64,000 nt of DNA, taken from contig NC_058368.1 of assembly GCF_018350175.1 (NCBI RefSeq), forward strand, positions 80,292,001 through 80,356,000, read 5' to 3'. Every line of letters begins with the position of its first letter. Position 1 is the first letter of the stretch. The notes beneath the pieces are model-generated. The model did not search any database and had not been told where the DNA came from. It saw nothing but the letters and a program-made list of their open reading frames with translations. Shown here in pieces: positions 23,807 to 37,500 of this stretch. The translations under genes were made by a program, and so were the position numbers. The DNA is from Felis catus. Lineage: Eukaryota.

Positions 23807-26800
23807 TGGGAGACAAGAGTCCACGTCAGGAGCTTCTCAGTCCCTGCTTTCACACGGTTTCCTTCCGGGGCGGGGGGGGGGGGAGTGGGGGGTGGGGGGT
23901 GGGGGGCCTCACCTCTCCCGCAGAAGATGCTTCTGCCTTCTCTGACAGGAGCCTGAGCACAAGGGAGCCCCAAGGCCAGTTTTTCTGAGAGCTGGTTAAA
24001 AAGTGTAGCTTCCAAACAACTATGACCTCAAACACATAACGTCATAGAACACATATATACCAAACACAATTAAAACTCTCTTCGGGGCACCTGGCTGACT
24101 CAGCTGGAAGGGCATGTGACTTGCTCTCAGAGTGGCAAATTCGGGCCCCTTGTCAGATGTAGAGATTATAACTAAACTTAAACGCTTTTTTATTAGTTTT
24201 TTTAACTAAATTTTTTTTTCTCTTCAAGTTTACTTATTTTGAGAGAGAGGGAGCATGCGTGGCGGGGGAGGGGGGCAGAGAAGGAGAGAATCCCAAACAG
24301 GATCCGCACTCAGTGCAGAGCCCGACTCGGGGCTCGATCCCACGAACCATAAGATCATGAGCTGAGCCAAAATCAAGAGTCGGGGCGTTCAGCCGACGGG
24401 GCCACCCAGGCCCCCCCATTTTTTTTAATTGACAATATTTAGAAAATGAAATACATCCGACTACTCCTCTTCCGTTCACTTACTTCAGAAGAGGGGTGTT
24501 AACCCTCCTGTGCATCAGGAGACACCAGTGTCTCTCCAGGACGGGGTGACGGCGGAGTGGCGGAGAACCCGCTGTCTTAATAGTTTGTCACAGTCGTCAC
24601 AACGCAGCAACGAAAACCCTTTTCTGTTCCCAAACTGGGGGTGAACAGGACCTGCTTCTCTGTGGCCCCCAAACACCTCGTTAGTGACTCCTGGAGGGAA
24701 GCAGGAGGGGCGCTGGCCCGCCGTCCCCTCTGGTCCCCGGGCCCACATTCGCTGACGGGCACAGGAGAAAACTAAGTGACCAGGAGCACGACCGTGACGT
24801 GTGAACGGGGTGTCAGGCCCCCAGCCAGCTGACCCGGGGTGGGACACGGCCCTTCGGTCCACGGAGGCTCCCTGCCCAACAGGCTCTGCACACATTTACT
24901 CGACGTGGGCCTTCCTCTCCAGTCCCCAGGCCAAAGGGAGGCTCTATTTCCCGAGGTTCCTGAAGCCAAGGGTGGGCCCCTGACTGTGGGCTACGCTGGG
25001 CTCCGGGGGTCACTTCTGAGGCACCCACCGGGCCGGCCCTGCAGCATCACGGGGCTCCCGTCCCCTCCAGGGAGTCGCCAGCGTGCACACCGCCGGCAGA
25101 AATGCAGTTTGGCCCCTGCCGGGTTCTGTTCCGGAGCGGGTACCATACAGCTCACCAGCCCCACTTCTGCATTTCCTCCGCACGCTCCTCCAAGGAGGTG
25201 CAGAAACGGGCTTGGGGTCGCAGAGACCCACGACGGCTGTTCCAGGGCACAGCGGCAGACGTGGCGGCGACTGTGGGGGCAGTCGTTGTCCACCGGAAAA
25301 CGTGGCAGTGGACACGCTTTGGGCCAAGCAGCCTCAGGGCTTACAGTCACGGACGCCAGCGTGAGTGAGGCCTGGCCTCGTGCGCCAGCCAGCAGAGTGC
25401 CTCTGCCAGCGCTGCCCCGGTGATGGAGCACATTCTGCACGCACTAGTCAGCCCTCCCGCCCTCGTAACTCCAGTCCCATCCAAGGAAGTTCACATCCGG
25501 CGGACTTAAACTCCAACACCTCGACGGAGGACGGGTTCTTCCCCTGCGCACCGAGCTATGTCTTTCCAATTGTGACAGAAGCGACAGCACCGAAATAGAG
25601 CACAGTCAACCTGAAGTCACGACTTACCAGAATGCAGAAAATAATTTCCCCACTGCCTGCACTGATGGAAGGCCTCGCACTGGGCGATTTCGTTCTCGTG
25701 ATGCGGGAAAGCTAAGTCCATCCCGCCCGAGTGGATGTCCAGCCGGCTTCCAAACACCAAGCTGCAGGACAGCGCAGAGCGGGGGGTCAGTTCAAACAGC
25801 ATGCGTCTCCAGACCCCGTCTGGCGGCCAGCCCTCCTGGCCTTTGTGCAAGGATCAAATGGATCTCAATTTAAAATCAGTATGTGTGATCATTTAGCTGA
25901 TGCAAAAGGGAGAAACTGAAATTCTGTTTTTACTTCATAAATCCCTGATTCATAGTTTTACATCCTAGTAAAGAGGGTTAATTCTCCTTGTTCTGGATAC
26001 AATATACTGTTTTTATTATTTTTTTTAACGTTTATTTATTTATGAGACAGAGAGAGAGACAGAGCACAAGCGGGGGAGGGGCAGAGAGAGAGGGAGACAC
26101 AGAATCCGAACAGGCTCCAGGCTCCGAGCTGTCAGCACAGAGCCCGACGAGGGGCTCAAACCCACTAACTGTGAGATGACCTGAGCCGAAGTTGGATGGT
26201 CAACCGACTGAGTCACCCAGATGCCCCAGAGAAGAATGTCTTTCAAATGGAAAATACCTACAATATTCACCTATAATATACAGTTTTTAAAAACAACAAA
26301 ATTATGTTTTCTTCTTCAACAGGTAGAGTTGAGTGGTTTTCCAACTTTAACAAAAGAGAACTATAAAATCAAGAGAATTCTTGTCATGGCTTTTGAAAAT
26401 GTACCTATTTAGTGATCACTTATAAATAACAACAAGGTAACTAAATTCAAAGCAATGCACTTCAGCTGCCGGCACGTCTGCTTCGTCTGATTCTGTGGCG
26501 TTCCCGGAAAACCTCACATCCCACAAAACTGCACCCTAAAACCTACAGGGCTGCTGGGGGCCACGGAGCTGGCTCTGTCCCCAGAGCACCTGGGAAGCAA
26601 CAGGCACCACCACCTACAGGCCAGGCTGAGCAGGACGCTTCGGACGACACGGAGACGCGCTGTCAGCATGGGGGGAACGCGGGCCTGTGGGCAGATGCAG
26701 CCACCTGTCCCCTCCCCATCCCAGAGCTCAGAGGGGCTGCGGGTGCAGACACTGTGGTTAAAAAAGACATTTCCAAAGAGGCCATAGCCTCGCTGAGCTC

Positions 26801-29800
26801 CCTCTGCTGAAAGCCGACTCTTCTCCCACCAGGCCGGCTCTGGAAAGACCACGTCCACGCTGGCCACAGAGACTCCAGGCGTGGCAAAAACCTGCCAGCC
26901 CATTCTTGTACATCCTTGGTGACGGGCTTAGAGAGTCTCGGAGTCCTGGTTCAAACACCGCACAGGGGGCATGAGGCAGGAGGGGCAGGACTAGGGAGGA
27001 GAGCAACAGAGGCTCCTTTCTATTTATAATGAGTGATTCGTTCTTACAAGGATCAGAGACAAAGCTGACAGCATGAGGGTTTAACAAAGCTAAACGGGGG
27101 AGGGGGTGCCGGGCTGGCTCTGCAGCCCTTGGTCTCAGGGTTGTGAGTTCAAGCCCCACGTTGGGCGTGGAGGTTACTTAAAAAAAATAATAAAGCTACA
27201 CTGTGGATCCTTGCATTAGTTTCTATCCTTGTCCATATGTTAGACCTGTTTCAATATAAGAGAACCCCGAGGAGTCTATGTTCATTAGATTTCAACAAAA
27301 ATATTTAATGGGAACATTAATTTGAAATTTAGTTCATTTTTTCTACTACTTTAGAGAAATTGTTCGAATCTACAAATAAGTATCTTTTTACAACCTAATA
27401 TGCAGCCCACGTTGCTCTTAAATCAAAAGCATTTATATATACACCTAAGTGTATACAGTAGGACTGACAGTACGGTAGTTTGTTAACAAAAAGTTGGGCC
27501 TGGAACTCCTGGATGCGTTTCCAGAAGAGTCATGTGGACATCATCACAGGTGAGGACAGGAGGGGAGGCGCAGTGGAAAAGCATCCCTTCTAGGCCATCA
27601 GTGGAACGAACGCAACTTGGATCGGCGGGTCCCGGAGGACGTGGGCCTCCCACCCGGTGGAACGGAAAGAGCGTCCCCGGACAAGGAAGCCAGTCTGGGG
27701 TCAGGGGCTGGGGCAGAGCGCTGTCTTGGGGCATTACTCGCCCGACGTGTGCGCTTAGACTTGGCCAGCAAATAGCACCACACGGTGACCAACTCGAGAG
27801 GGCTGGGTTTGCTGGTCTTCAAGTTTGGGCGTAGCCGGCACTTTGACATGTTTGCCTTAATTGTATTTTATGTTTCTTTTTTTTAATATTCTTTTTTAAA
27901 TTCTTTTTTTTAATGTTTATTTTTGAGACAGAGACAGAGTGTGAGCAGGGGAGGGGCAGAGAGAGAGAGGGAGACACAGAATCCAAAGCAGGCTCCAGGC
28001 TCCGAGCTGTCAGCACAGAGCCCGACGCGGAGCTCGAACTCACGAACCGCGACATCATGACCTGAGCTGAAGTTGGACACTTAACTGACTGAGCCACCCA
28101 GGTGCCCCTATGTTTCTAATCTTTAAAACTGCTTATTATAATAAACATCTGTGATGAAGGCAAACACATCAAATGTCTGAAAATCATGGGTTCCTAACGG
28201 TACTAAAAAGCCCCTCACCTCCAGAAACAGGAAATAAATAGTGTTACTCACTGCAGGCTACTCACTGCAGGTATTTATAAGAACAAAACACTGGGAACTG
28301 AACGCTCATCCATAGGGTCCCAGCTAGCTGAATGGTGCACCTTCACAGCACAGCGCCATGGAGCTGAGGCACAATGACAGGTTTCAAGAACCACACAGGC
28401 GGTTCCCGGACACAGTGCAGAGGGAGAAAAAGATATTGCTGGCAACCCAGGAGATTCCCGCAGGCTCGGTTCCAGACCACCGCAGTAACGCAAGTATCAC
28501 AAGCCAGTCAGATGAACTTTTTGGTTTCCCAGTGTATATAAATGTTCACACTACACTGTCGGCTATTAAGTGTGCAACAGCATTCTGTCTACAAAACGCC
28601 GTACACACCCTAATGAAAAGATACTTTATTGCTTGAAAATGCAAACCAGGGGCGCCTGGGTGGCTCAGTCAGTTAAGGCTCTGACTTTGGCTCAGGTCAT
28701 GATCTTGCACTCTGTGAGCTTGAGTCCCACATCGGGCTCTGTGCTGACAGCTCGGAGCCTGGAGCCTGCTTCGGATTCTGTGTCTCCTTCTCTCTCTGCC
28801 CCTCCACCTCTCATGCTCTCTCTCGCTGTCTCTCTCTCACTCAAAAATAAATAAACATTAAAAAAAAAAAAAAGAAAAGAAAATGCAAACCACCACGTGA
28901 ACTTTCAGTGGCTGGTAATCTTTTTGCCGGTGGAGAGTCCTGTCTGATGGTGGTGGCCGCTGACTCATCAGGGCTGTGACTGATGAAGGCTGGGGTGGCC
29001 GTGGTGGTTTCTTAAAATAAGACAACACTTAAGTTTGCCGCATCGATGGACTCTCCCATCCATGAATGATTTCTGTTTTAGGCAAAGCTTTTGATAGCAT
29101 TTTACCCATAGAACTTCTTTCAAAATTCTCTCAGACCCTACCGCAGTTTTTTCAACTGAGTTTATGACACAGTCTTGTAGCTTTCATAAATGACTGTTGT
29201 CATTTCACCAGTCTCCATGGCGTCTCCACCAGGAATCTCAAGAAAGCACTTTCTTTGCTCATCCTTAAGAAGCAACTCCTCAACCGTTCAAGTTTTACCC
29301 TGAGATGCAGCCATTCAGTCGTGTCTTCAGCCCCCACTTCTGAGTCTAGTTGTCTTGCTGTTTCCACCACAGCTGCAGGGACTGCCTCCCCGGAAGTCTC
29401 GAGCCCCTCAAGCTCTTCCATGATGTTGGATCGGCGTCTTCCAAACTCCTACTCATGTTGATATGTGACCTCTTTCCATGAATCACAAATGTTCCCGGTG
29501 GCATCTAGAATGGGGAATTCTTTCCAGAAGGTTTTCAGTTTACTTTTCCCAGATCCACCAGAGGAATCACTTTCTGCTGCAGCTATAGCCTGACAAAATG
29601 TGCTTTTTAAATATTAAGACTTGAACGTTGAAATTACTCCTTGATCCACGGGCCGTAGAATGAATGGGTGCTGGGTTAACGGGCAGGAACACAGCGCTAA
29701 ACTTGTGCAGCTCCATCAGAGCTCTTGGGTGACCAGGTGTGTTGTCAACGAGCAGTTTCAAAAGTCATCTTTCTCGGGGCGCCTGGGTGGCTCATTCGAT

Positions 29801-31521
29801 TGAGCGGCCGACTTTGGCTCAGGTCATGATCTCGCGGTCTGTGAGTTCGAGCCCCGCGTCGGGCTCTGTGCTGACAGCTCAGAGCCTGGAGCCTGTTTCA
29901 GATTCTGTGTCTCCCTCTCTCTCTGCCCCTCCCCCGCTCATGCTCTGTCTCTCTCTGTCTCAAAAATAAATAAATGTTAAAAAAAAAAAAAAACATTTAA
30001 AAGTAATCTTTTTCTCTGAGGAGCAGGTCTCAAGAGCGGGCTTACAACATTCAGGAAACCACGTTGTAAACAGATGGGCTGTCACCTGGGCTTTGTTTTT
30101 CACTTGCAGAACACAGAATAGATTCAGTGTTAATTCTTAAGGGCCCTAGGATTTGTGGAATGGTAAATGAGTACTGGCTTCAACTTAAAGTCACCAGCCG
30201 CCTGCATTAGCCCCTAAAAGGGCGTCAGTCTGTCCTTTGAAGCTTTGAAGCAAGGCATTGACTACTTTTTTCCAGCTGTGAAGTCCGAGATGGCATCTTC
30301 TTCTGACAGAAAGGTGTTCTGTCTACACTGAGAATCTGTGGTTTAACGTAGCCCCTTCATTCACTGTCTTAGCTAGATCTTCTGGACAGCTCGCTGCAGC
30401 TTCTGGGTCGGCGCTCGCTTCGCCACCTTGCGCTTTTTACAGAAACAGCTTCTTTCCTTAAAGCTCGGGAACCAACCCCTGCCAGCTTCAGACTTTCCTT
30501 CTGCAGCTTCCCCAACTCCCTCAGCCTTCACAGCATTAAAGAGAGTCAGGGCCTCGCTCCAGAGTAGGCTTGGTTTAAGGGAATGTTGTGGCTGGTGTGA
30601 TCTTCTATCCAGATGACTAAAACTTTCTCCATATCAGTGGAAAAGCTGTTTCACTTTCTTCTCATTCACGTGGTTACCGCAATACCACTTTTCATCTCCT
30701 TCAAGAACTTTTCCTCTACATTCACAAGGCAGCTAATTGTTCAGCACGAGAGGTCCAGCTTTTGGCCTGTCTTGAGTCTTGACAAGCCTTCCTCACTGCG
30801 CTTAAGCATTTCTAGCTTTTGATTTCAAGTAAGAGACATGGGGCGCTTGGGTGGCTCAGTTGGTAAGCGTCCGACTTCAGCTCAGGTCACGATCTCGTGG
30901 TTCGTGGGTTCGAGCCCCGCACTGGACTCTGTGCTGACAGTTCAGAGCCTGCTTTGGATTCTGGGTCTCCCTCTCTCTCTCCCCCTCCCCCACCCATGCT
31001 CTGTCTCTCAAACATAGATAAAACGTTAAAAAAAATTTTAAGTGGCAAACGTGTGACTCTCCCTTTCACTTGAACACTTAGAGGCTACTGTGGGCTTATC
31101 AGTGGCCTAATTTCAACACCGTTGTGTCTCAGGGAATAGGGAGGCCCGAGAAGAGGGAGACAGATGGGGCAACAGCCAGTTGGCAGAGCAGTCAGAACAC
31201 ACACGTGTCAATTAAGTTCGCCGTCTTACCCGGCGGGGGTCACGTGCCCCCAGACAATCACAACAGCAGCACCAAATATCACTGATCACAGATCACTATA
31301 CCAACTATAACGATAATAAAAAAGCTTGAACTATGGCAAGAATCACCAAAATGTGACAGAGGGAGACAGAGTGAGCAACTGCTACTGATGCCAACTGACC
31401 TGCTCCACACAGGGTTGCCACAGACCTTCAGTCTGTAAACAGCAGCGTCTACAAAGCACAGTAAAATGAGGCGCGCCTGTACAAGAGAGCACATGCGGTG
31501 TGCCGCCTACCGTGTGCCCCA

Positions 31522-31566
<45 letters not shown>

Positions 31567-34500
31567 GGGGCATCTCGCTACCGACAGAACCATGGGAAGT
31601 CAGAGGACCCGTCTACAGAGATCTAAGGTGGAGGATGCCTCACAAAACCAGAAGAAAGTTGTTTCACAGAAGCCAAGGAAAGGGCAGGTGTATTGACCGC
31701 CAGTCACTGACCAGCTGGTGGTGGGGGTCACTGCTGACCTCAGGAGACCTCAGGAGTCAGTGGGGATGCCTGGAGACAACAGCAGGTCAAATGCAGATGG
31801 TAAGATGAGAAGCAGACGGGGCACCTGAGTGGCTCAGTCAGTTAAGCGTCCTGACTTTTGACTCTGCCTCAGGTTATGTTCTCGTGATTTGTGAGTTCAA
31901 GCCCTGCACTGGGCTCCACGCTGTCGGAGCCTATTTGGGACTCTTCCCCTCCCTCTCTCTGCCCCACCCCTGCTCATTCTCTCTCTCTCTCTAAAAAAAA
32001 AAAAAAAAAAAAAGCAGAATCTGGAGATTCTGGAGATTCCTGCAAATCTGGAACTGAGATCACAAAAACATCTGTTCGTGGAGATCCCCAAGACAGAAAC
32101 ATCCAGTACTTGGTGCTGCCCAGGAAGAGCTGGGAGAGTGGGCAGACTGAAGACTGAGGAGCCAGGAAAGGGGAAGCTGGGGTGGTGCCTGAGGGGTCCG
32201 ATCCAGAACCATCTCTGGGGAGCGGGTTGGTAACCAAGAGCAAGTAAGAGGAAGGTGGTCTAGGGAGAGGCTGGGAAGACGGTGGAATAGGAGGATCCTA
32301 AGCTCATGTTGTCCCACAGATACAACTAGAAAACACTCACATCAGCAGAAATGACCCAGAAAATGACCCAAAGACTCCCAGAACAAACTCCACAGCTAAA
32401 GGTAGAGGAGAGGCCACATCAAAGAGGGGTGGGCAGGGCAAAGATGCAGTCAGGAGCTAAAATGGCCCCGGCTGACCACAGTCGGGAGGGAGCCAGGGGC
32501 AGGCAGGAGGGCAAGAAACAGACTCTCATGCCGGGGAGCCCCCATGGGGGAGATGAATCCCCACAGCATTTGGCTTTGAAAGTGAGAGAGGCCGAATTTC
32601 ATGAGTTCTTACAACCAGCAGGAATTAAAAACCTAGAATTAAAAAAAAATCAGCAGTTAGGCTCTGGGAGAGCCAGGAGGGCATTAGGAAGCTGAGTGTC
32701 TGCCCTTAAAGAGAGATCACAACAAACAGCCTGCACATGTCCTAACTCCAAAGCAGCAGTTTGAAAAAAGCCTGGGGCATACAGGAGGGACAGCTATTTA
32801 CTCATCTCAGACGTATCTGGAGAGGCAGGGATCATAGGGAGATCCCTCCAGAAACAAAGGCCATGGAAGACACCATTTCCCTCCCTTGCCCCTCAGCATA
32901 AACACACAGTCACCTGTGGAAACCAGCACTGCACTGACATGACCTAAATTGCTTATATTGCCCCCCCACCCCATGCTTGACTCAGCCCCAGTGCTGCGGT
33001 CCCCTTCCCCAGAAGACTGACCCAAAGCTCACCAACACCGAATGTCCCAACCCACATATTTTGTGGGGCCTCGATCCCGGTGGGGTGGCTGGTCACCTCC
33101 CAGGGAGGACACACAAACCTTATTAAAACTGCACCCCCCTTCCCGTGCACACTTCGCAGAGCAGCCCCAGCCACCCTGTTTCCACAGCAGCTTGGCATCC
33201 CCCGTGGAAAAGGACCAGTGCCCCTTGTTAAAAGTCAGGCATACCGACTTTTAAAAGTTAAAAGTGCATACCGCCCACTACTTTCAAGAGCAAGAGACAT
33301 AGCTGACTTTCCCAACACCTAGAAACAGAGAGTTGATATAATGAGACAGAGGGGTATGTCCGAAATGAAAGAGCAGGATAAAACCGCAAGATACCCGAGT
33401 GAAACAGAGGTAAGTACTATATCTGAAAGAGAATTTAAAGTAGTGATTGTAAAGATACTCACTGGATTTGAGAAAAGAGTGGAGGATGTCAGTGAGGCCC
33501 TTAACAGAAAGATTAAACAACCAACCAAACAAAAACAGTGATGAAGAACACAATACGTGAAACTAAAAATACACTGGGTGGAATAAACAGCAGGCTAGAG
33601 GAAGCAGAGGAGCTAATTAATGACCCGGAAGACAGAGCAACAGAAAGTAATCAAACTGAGCTGGTGAGAGAAAAAAAAAAAAAAATTCAAAATGAGGATA
33701 AACTTTGGGAACTCAGCAACCCTGTCAAGTGTAATAATAAGCACGTTATAGGGATTCCAGAATAAGAGAAAAGGGGACAGAAAATTTATCTGAAGAAATA
33801 ATAGCTGAAAATTTCCCTCCTCTGGGGAAGGAACCAGATATCTGGATCCAGGAGGCACAGAAATCCCCCAAGGAAAGTAACCCAAGGGGGTCCACACCAA
33901 GATACAGAATAATCAAAATGGCAAAATATAGTGATAAAAAAATTAAAACAGCAAGAGAAGACAGTTACATACAAGGGAAACCCCATAAGGCTATCAGCGA
34001 ATTTTTCAGAACAGCAGAAACTCTGCAGGCCAGAGAGGCATAATATATTCAAAGTACTGAAAGAAAAAAATCTGCATCCAAGAATACTCTATCTGGCAAG
34101 GCTATCACTTATAAAAGGAGAGATGAAGAGTTTCTTGGACAAAAACTAAAGGAATTCATAACCACTAAACCAAACCTGTAAGAAATGTTAAAGGGGACTC
34201 TCTGAGTAGAAAGGAAAGACCAAACTAAGAGTATGAAAATGAAAAAACACAAAAGCAGTAAAAATAAGTATATCTATAAAAAATCAGTCAAAGGACTTAC
34301 AAAATAAAAGGACGTAAAGTATGACACCATATACCTAAAACATGGTTAAGAGTAAAAAATTGGTTAAAGCTTAAGTGATCATTAACCTCATATAGACTGC
34401 TATATACAGGAGACAATATAAACAAACCTAGAGGTAACCACAAATCAAAAACCAATAATAGATTGCAAAAAAATAAAGAGAAAGAAATTCAAATATATCA

Positions 34501-37500
34501 CTAAAGAGCACCAGCAAACCATGAAAGAGAAGACAGGAGCAGAGAAAAACTACGAAAACAACCACAAAACAAGTAACAAAATGACAATAAATACGAATCT
34601 ATCAAGAATTACTTTGAATGTAAACTAAATGCTACAATCAAAAGACATAAGGTGATAGTGGATAAAAAGATAAGACTCATCTATATATGATGCCTACAAG
34701 AAACTCATTTCAAATCTTTTTTTATTTTTTATTTATTTTTTTTATTTCAGAGAAAGAGAGAGCATCCCTGTGTTGAGCATGGAGCCTGATGTGAGGCTCA
34801 ATCCCATGACCCTGGGGTCATAACCTGAGCCAAAATCAAGTTGGACGCTCAACCGAGTGAACCACCCAGGCACCCCAAGACTCATTTCAGACGAAAGTGA
34901 GGGAATGGAGAAACATTTATAATACAAACAGATGTCAAAAGACAGCCAGGTAGGAATACTTATGCTAGACAAAAAAGACTTTAAAACAAAGACTGGAACA
35001 ACAGACAAAGAACACTATATAATAATGAAGGAGACGATCCAACAAGAAGATATAGTCACTGTAAATATTTATGAACCCAACACGGGACCACCCAAATACA
35101 TACAACAGTTAGTAACAAACATAAAGGAGCTAATTGATAGTAACACAATAATAGGGGACTTTAACACCCCTCTCATTTCAATGGACCAGATGGATTTAAC
35201 AGATATATTCACAACATTCCATCTTAAAACAGAATACACATTCTTTTCAAGTGCACATAGAACATTCTCCAGAGGAGTTCACACATTAGGCCACAAAATG
35301 AATCTCTACAAATTGAATAAGATCAAAGTCATACCATGTATCTTTTCTGACCACAACACTATGAAACTAGAAATCAACCACAAGAAAAAAATCTGGGAAA
35401 ACTACAAATACAGGGAGATTGAATAACATGCTATTGGGGCGCCTGGGTGGCGCAGTCGGTTAAGCGTCCGGCTTCAGCCAGGTCACGATCTCGCGGTCCG
35501 TGAGTTCGAGCCCCGCGTCAGGCTCTGGGCTGATGGCTCAGAGCCTGGAGCCTGTTTCCGATTCTGTGTCTCCCTCTCTCTCTGCCCCTCCCCCGTTCAT
35601 GCTCTGTCTCTCTCTGTCCCAAAAATAAATAAACGTTGAAAAAAAAAATTTGAATAACATGCTATTAAATAATGAATGGATCAACTAAGAAATCAATGAC
35701 ATTACATGGAAACAAATGAAAATGAAAACACAATGGTTCACACGTTTTAGAATGCAGCAAAAGTGGTTCTAAGAGGGAAGTCTATAGCAACACAAGCCTA
35801 CCTCAAGAAGCAAGAAAAAATCTCAATGAACAACCTAACCTTACACATAAAGGAGCTAGAAAAAGAACAAGCAAAACCTCAAACCAGCAGAAGGAAGGAA
35901 ACAATAAAGATTAGAGCAGAAATAAATGATATACAAACTAAAAAACAAAACCAACCAACCAAACAACAACAACAAAAAAACACACACAAGAGAACACATC
36001 AATGAAACCAGGGGCTGGTTCTTTGAAAAGATCAGAAAAATTGACAGACCTCTGGCCAGACTCATCAAAAAAACAAAACTGGCTGGCTCAGTTGGTAGAG
36101 CACGCAACTCTTGATTTGGGGGGTTGTGAGTTTAAGCCCCACACTGGGCATAGAACTTACTTAAAAAGAGAGACATTCCATGCTCATGGATTGGAAGAAC
36201 AAATGTTAAAATGTCCATACTATCTAAAGTAATCTATACATTTATTGTAACCCCTATCAAAATACCAACAGCATTTTTCACAGAGCTAGAACAAACAATT
36301 CTAGAATTTGTATGGAACCACAAAAGACCCCAAACAACCAAAGCAATCTCAAAAAAGAAAAAACTGGAGATATCACAATTGTAGACTGTGTTAGTAATGA
36401 AAACAGCATAGTACTGGTGAAAACAGACATCATAGATCAATGCAACAGAATGGAAAACCCAGAAATAAACCCACAACTCTATGGTCAATTTTCAACACAG
36501 AAGACAGGAATATGCAAGAAAAAGACAGTCTCTTCAACAAATGGTGTTGGGAAAACTGGACAGCTACATACAAAAGAATGAAACAACCACTTTCTTATAC
36601 CATCCACAAAAATAAACTCAAAATGGATGATGGTTCTAAATGTGGGACCTGAAACCGTAATGATCCTTCTAGAGAGCACAGGCAGTGATCTGACATCAGC
36701 CGTAGCAACATCTTTCTGAATATGTCTCCTGAGACAAGGGAAATAAAGTCAAAAATAAACTATTAGGACTTCATCAAAATAAAAAGCTTCCATACAGCAA
36801 AGGAAACAATCAACAAAACTAAAAGAAAACATACTGAATGGGGGAAGATATCTGCAAATGACATATCAGATAAAGGGCTAGTGTCTAAAATACATAAAGA
36901 ACTAAACAACTCAGGGATGCCTGGGTTGCTCAGTCTGTTAAGCGTCTGACTCCTGATCTCAGTTCAAGTCTTCATCTCAGGATCATAAGTTCAAGCCCTG
37001 TGTTGGGCTCCATGCTGGGTGTGAAGTCTACTTGAAAGAGGGAGGGAGGGAGGAAGGAAGGAAAAAGTATGGATACAAATCAACACAAAACCACCCAAAT
37101 AATCCAATGAAAAATGGGCCAAAGTGAACAGACATTTCTCCAAAGACATCCAAATGGCCAACAGACACATGAAAAGATGCTCAACATCATTCATCATCAG
37201 GGAAATACAAATCAAAACTATGAGATTACCTCACACCTGTCAGAATGGCTAAAATCATCAATACAACAAACAACCAGTGTTGGCGAGAAGGTGGAGAAAA
37301 AGGGACCCTCATGTGCTGTTGGTGGGAATGCAAACTGGTGCAGCCACTGTGGAAAATAGTATGGAGGCTCCTCAAAAAGTTAAAAATAGACCTACCCTTG
37401 GATCCAGTCATCAGACTTCTGGGTATTTACCCCCAAAATACAAAAACACTAATTCAAAAAGATACATGCACTCCTATGTTTATTCAGCATTATTCATAAG

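Larger units (their letters stand above)
28439..31479 (-). mobile_element. Near full-length Tigger1 (pogo-family) DNA transposon with three nested SINEs
   Basis: Both termini recognisable (ctggcaacccaggagattcccgcaggctcggttccagaccaccgca... and ...gtaaaatgaggcgcgcctg|ta). Decayed DDE transposase fragment [17 protein letters not shown] on -. About 2.4 kb after removing the SINEs. Confidence 0.88.

Noticed and set aside
22950..23945. 288-aa and 213-aa ORFs
   Set aside because: They run through a microsatellite and GC-rich intron; only the 68-bp CARS2 exon 9 within them is coding.
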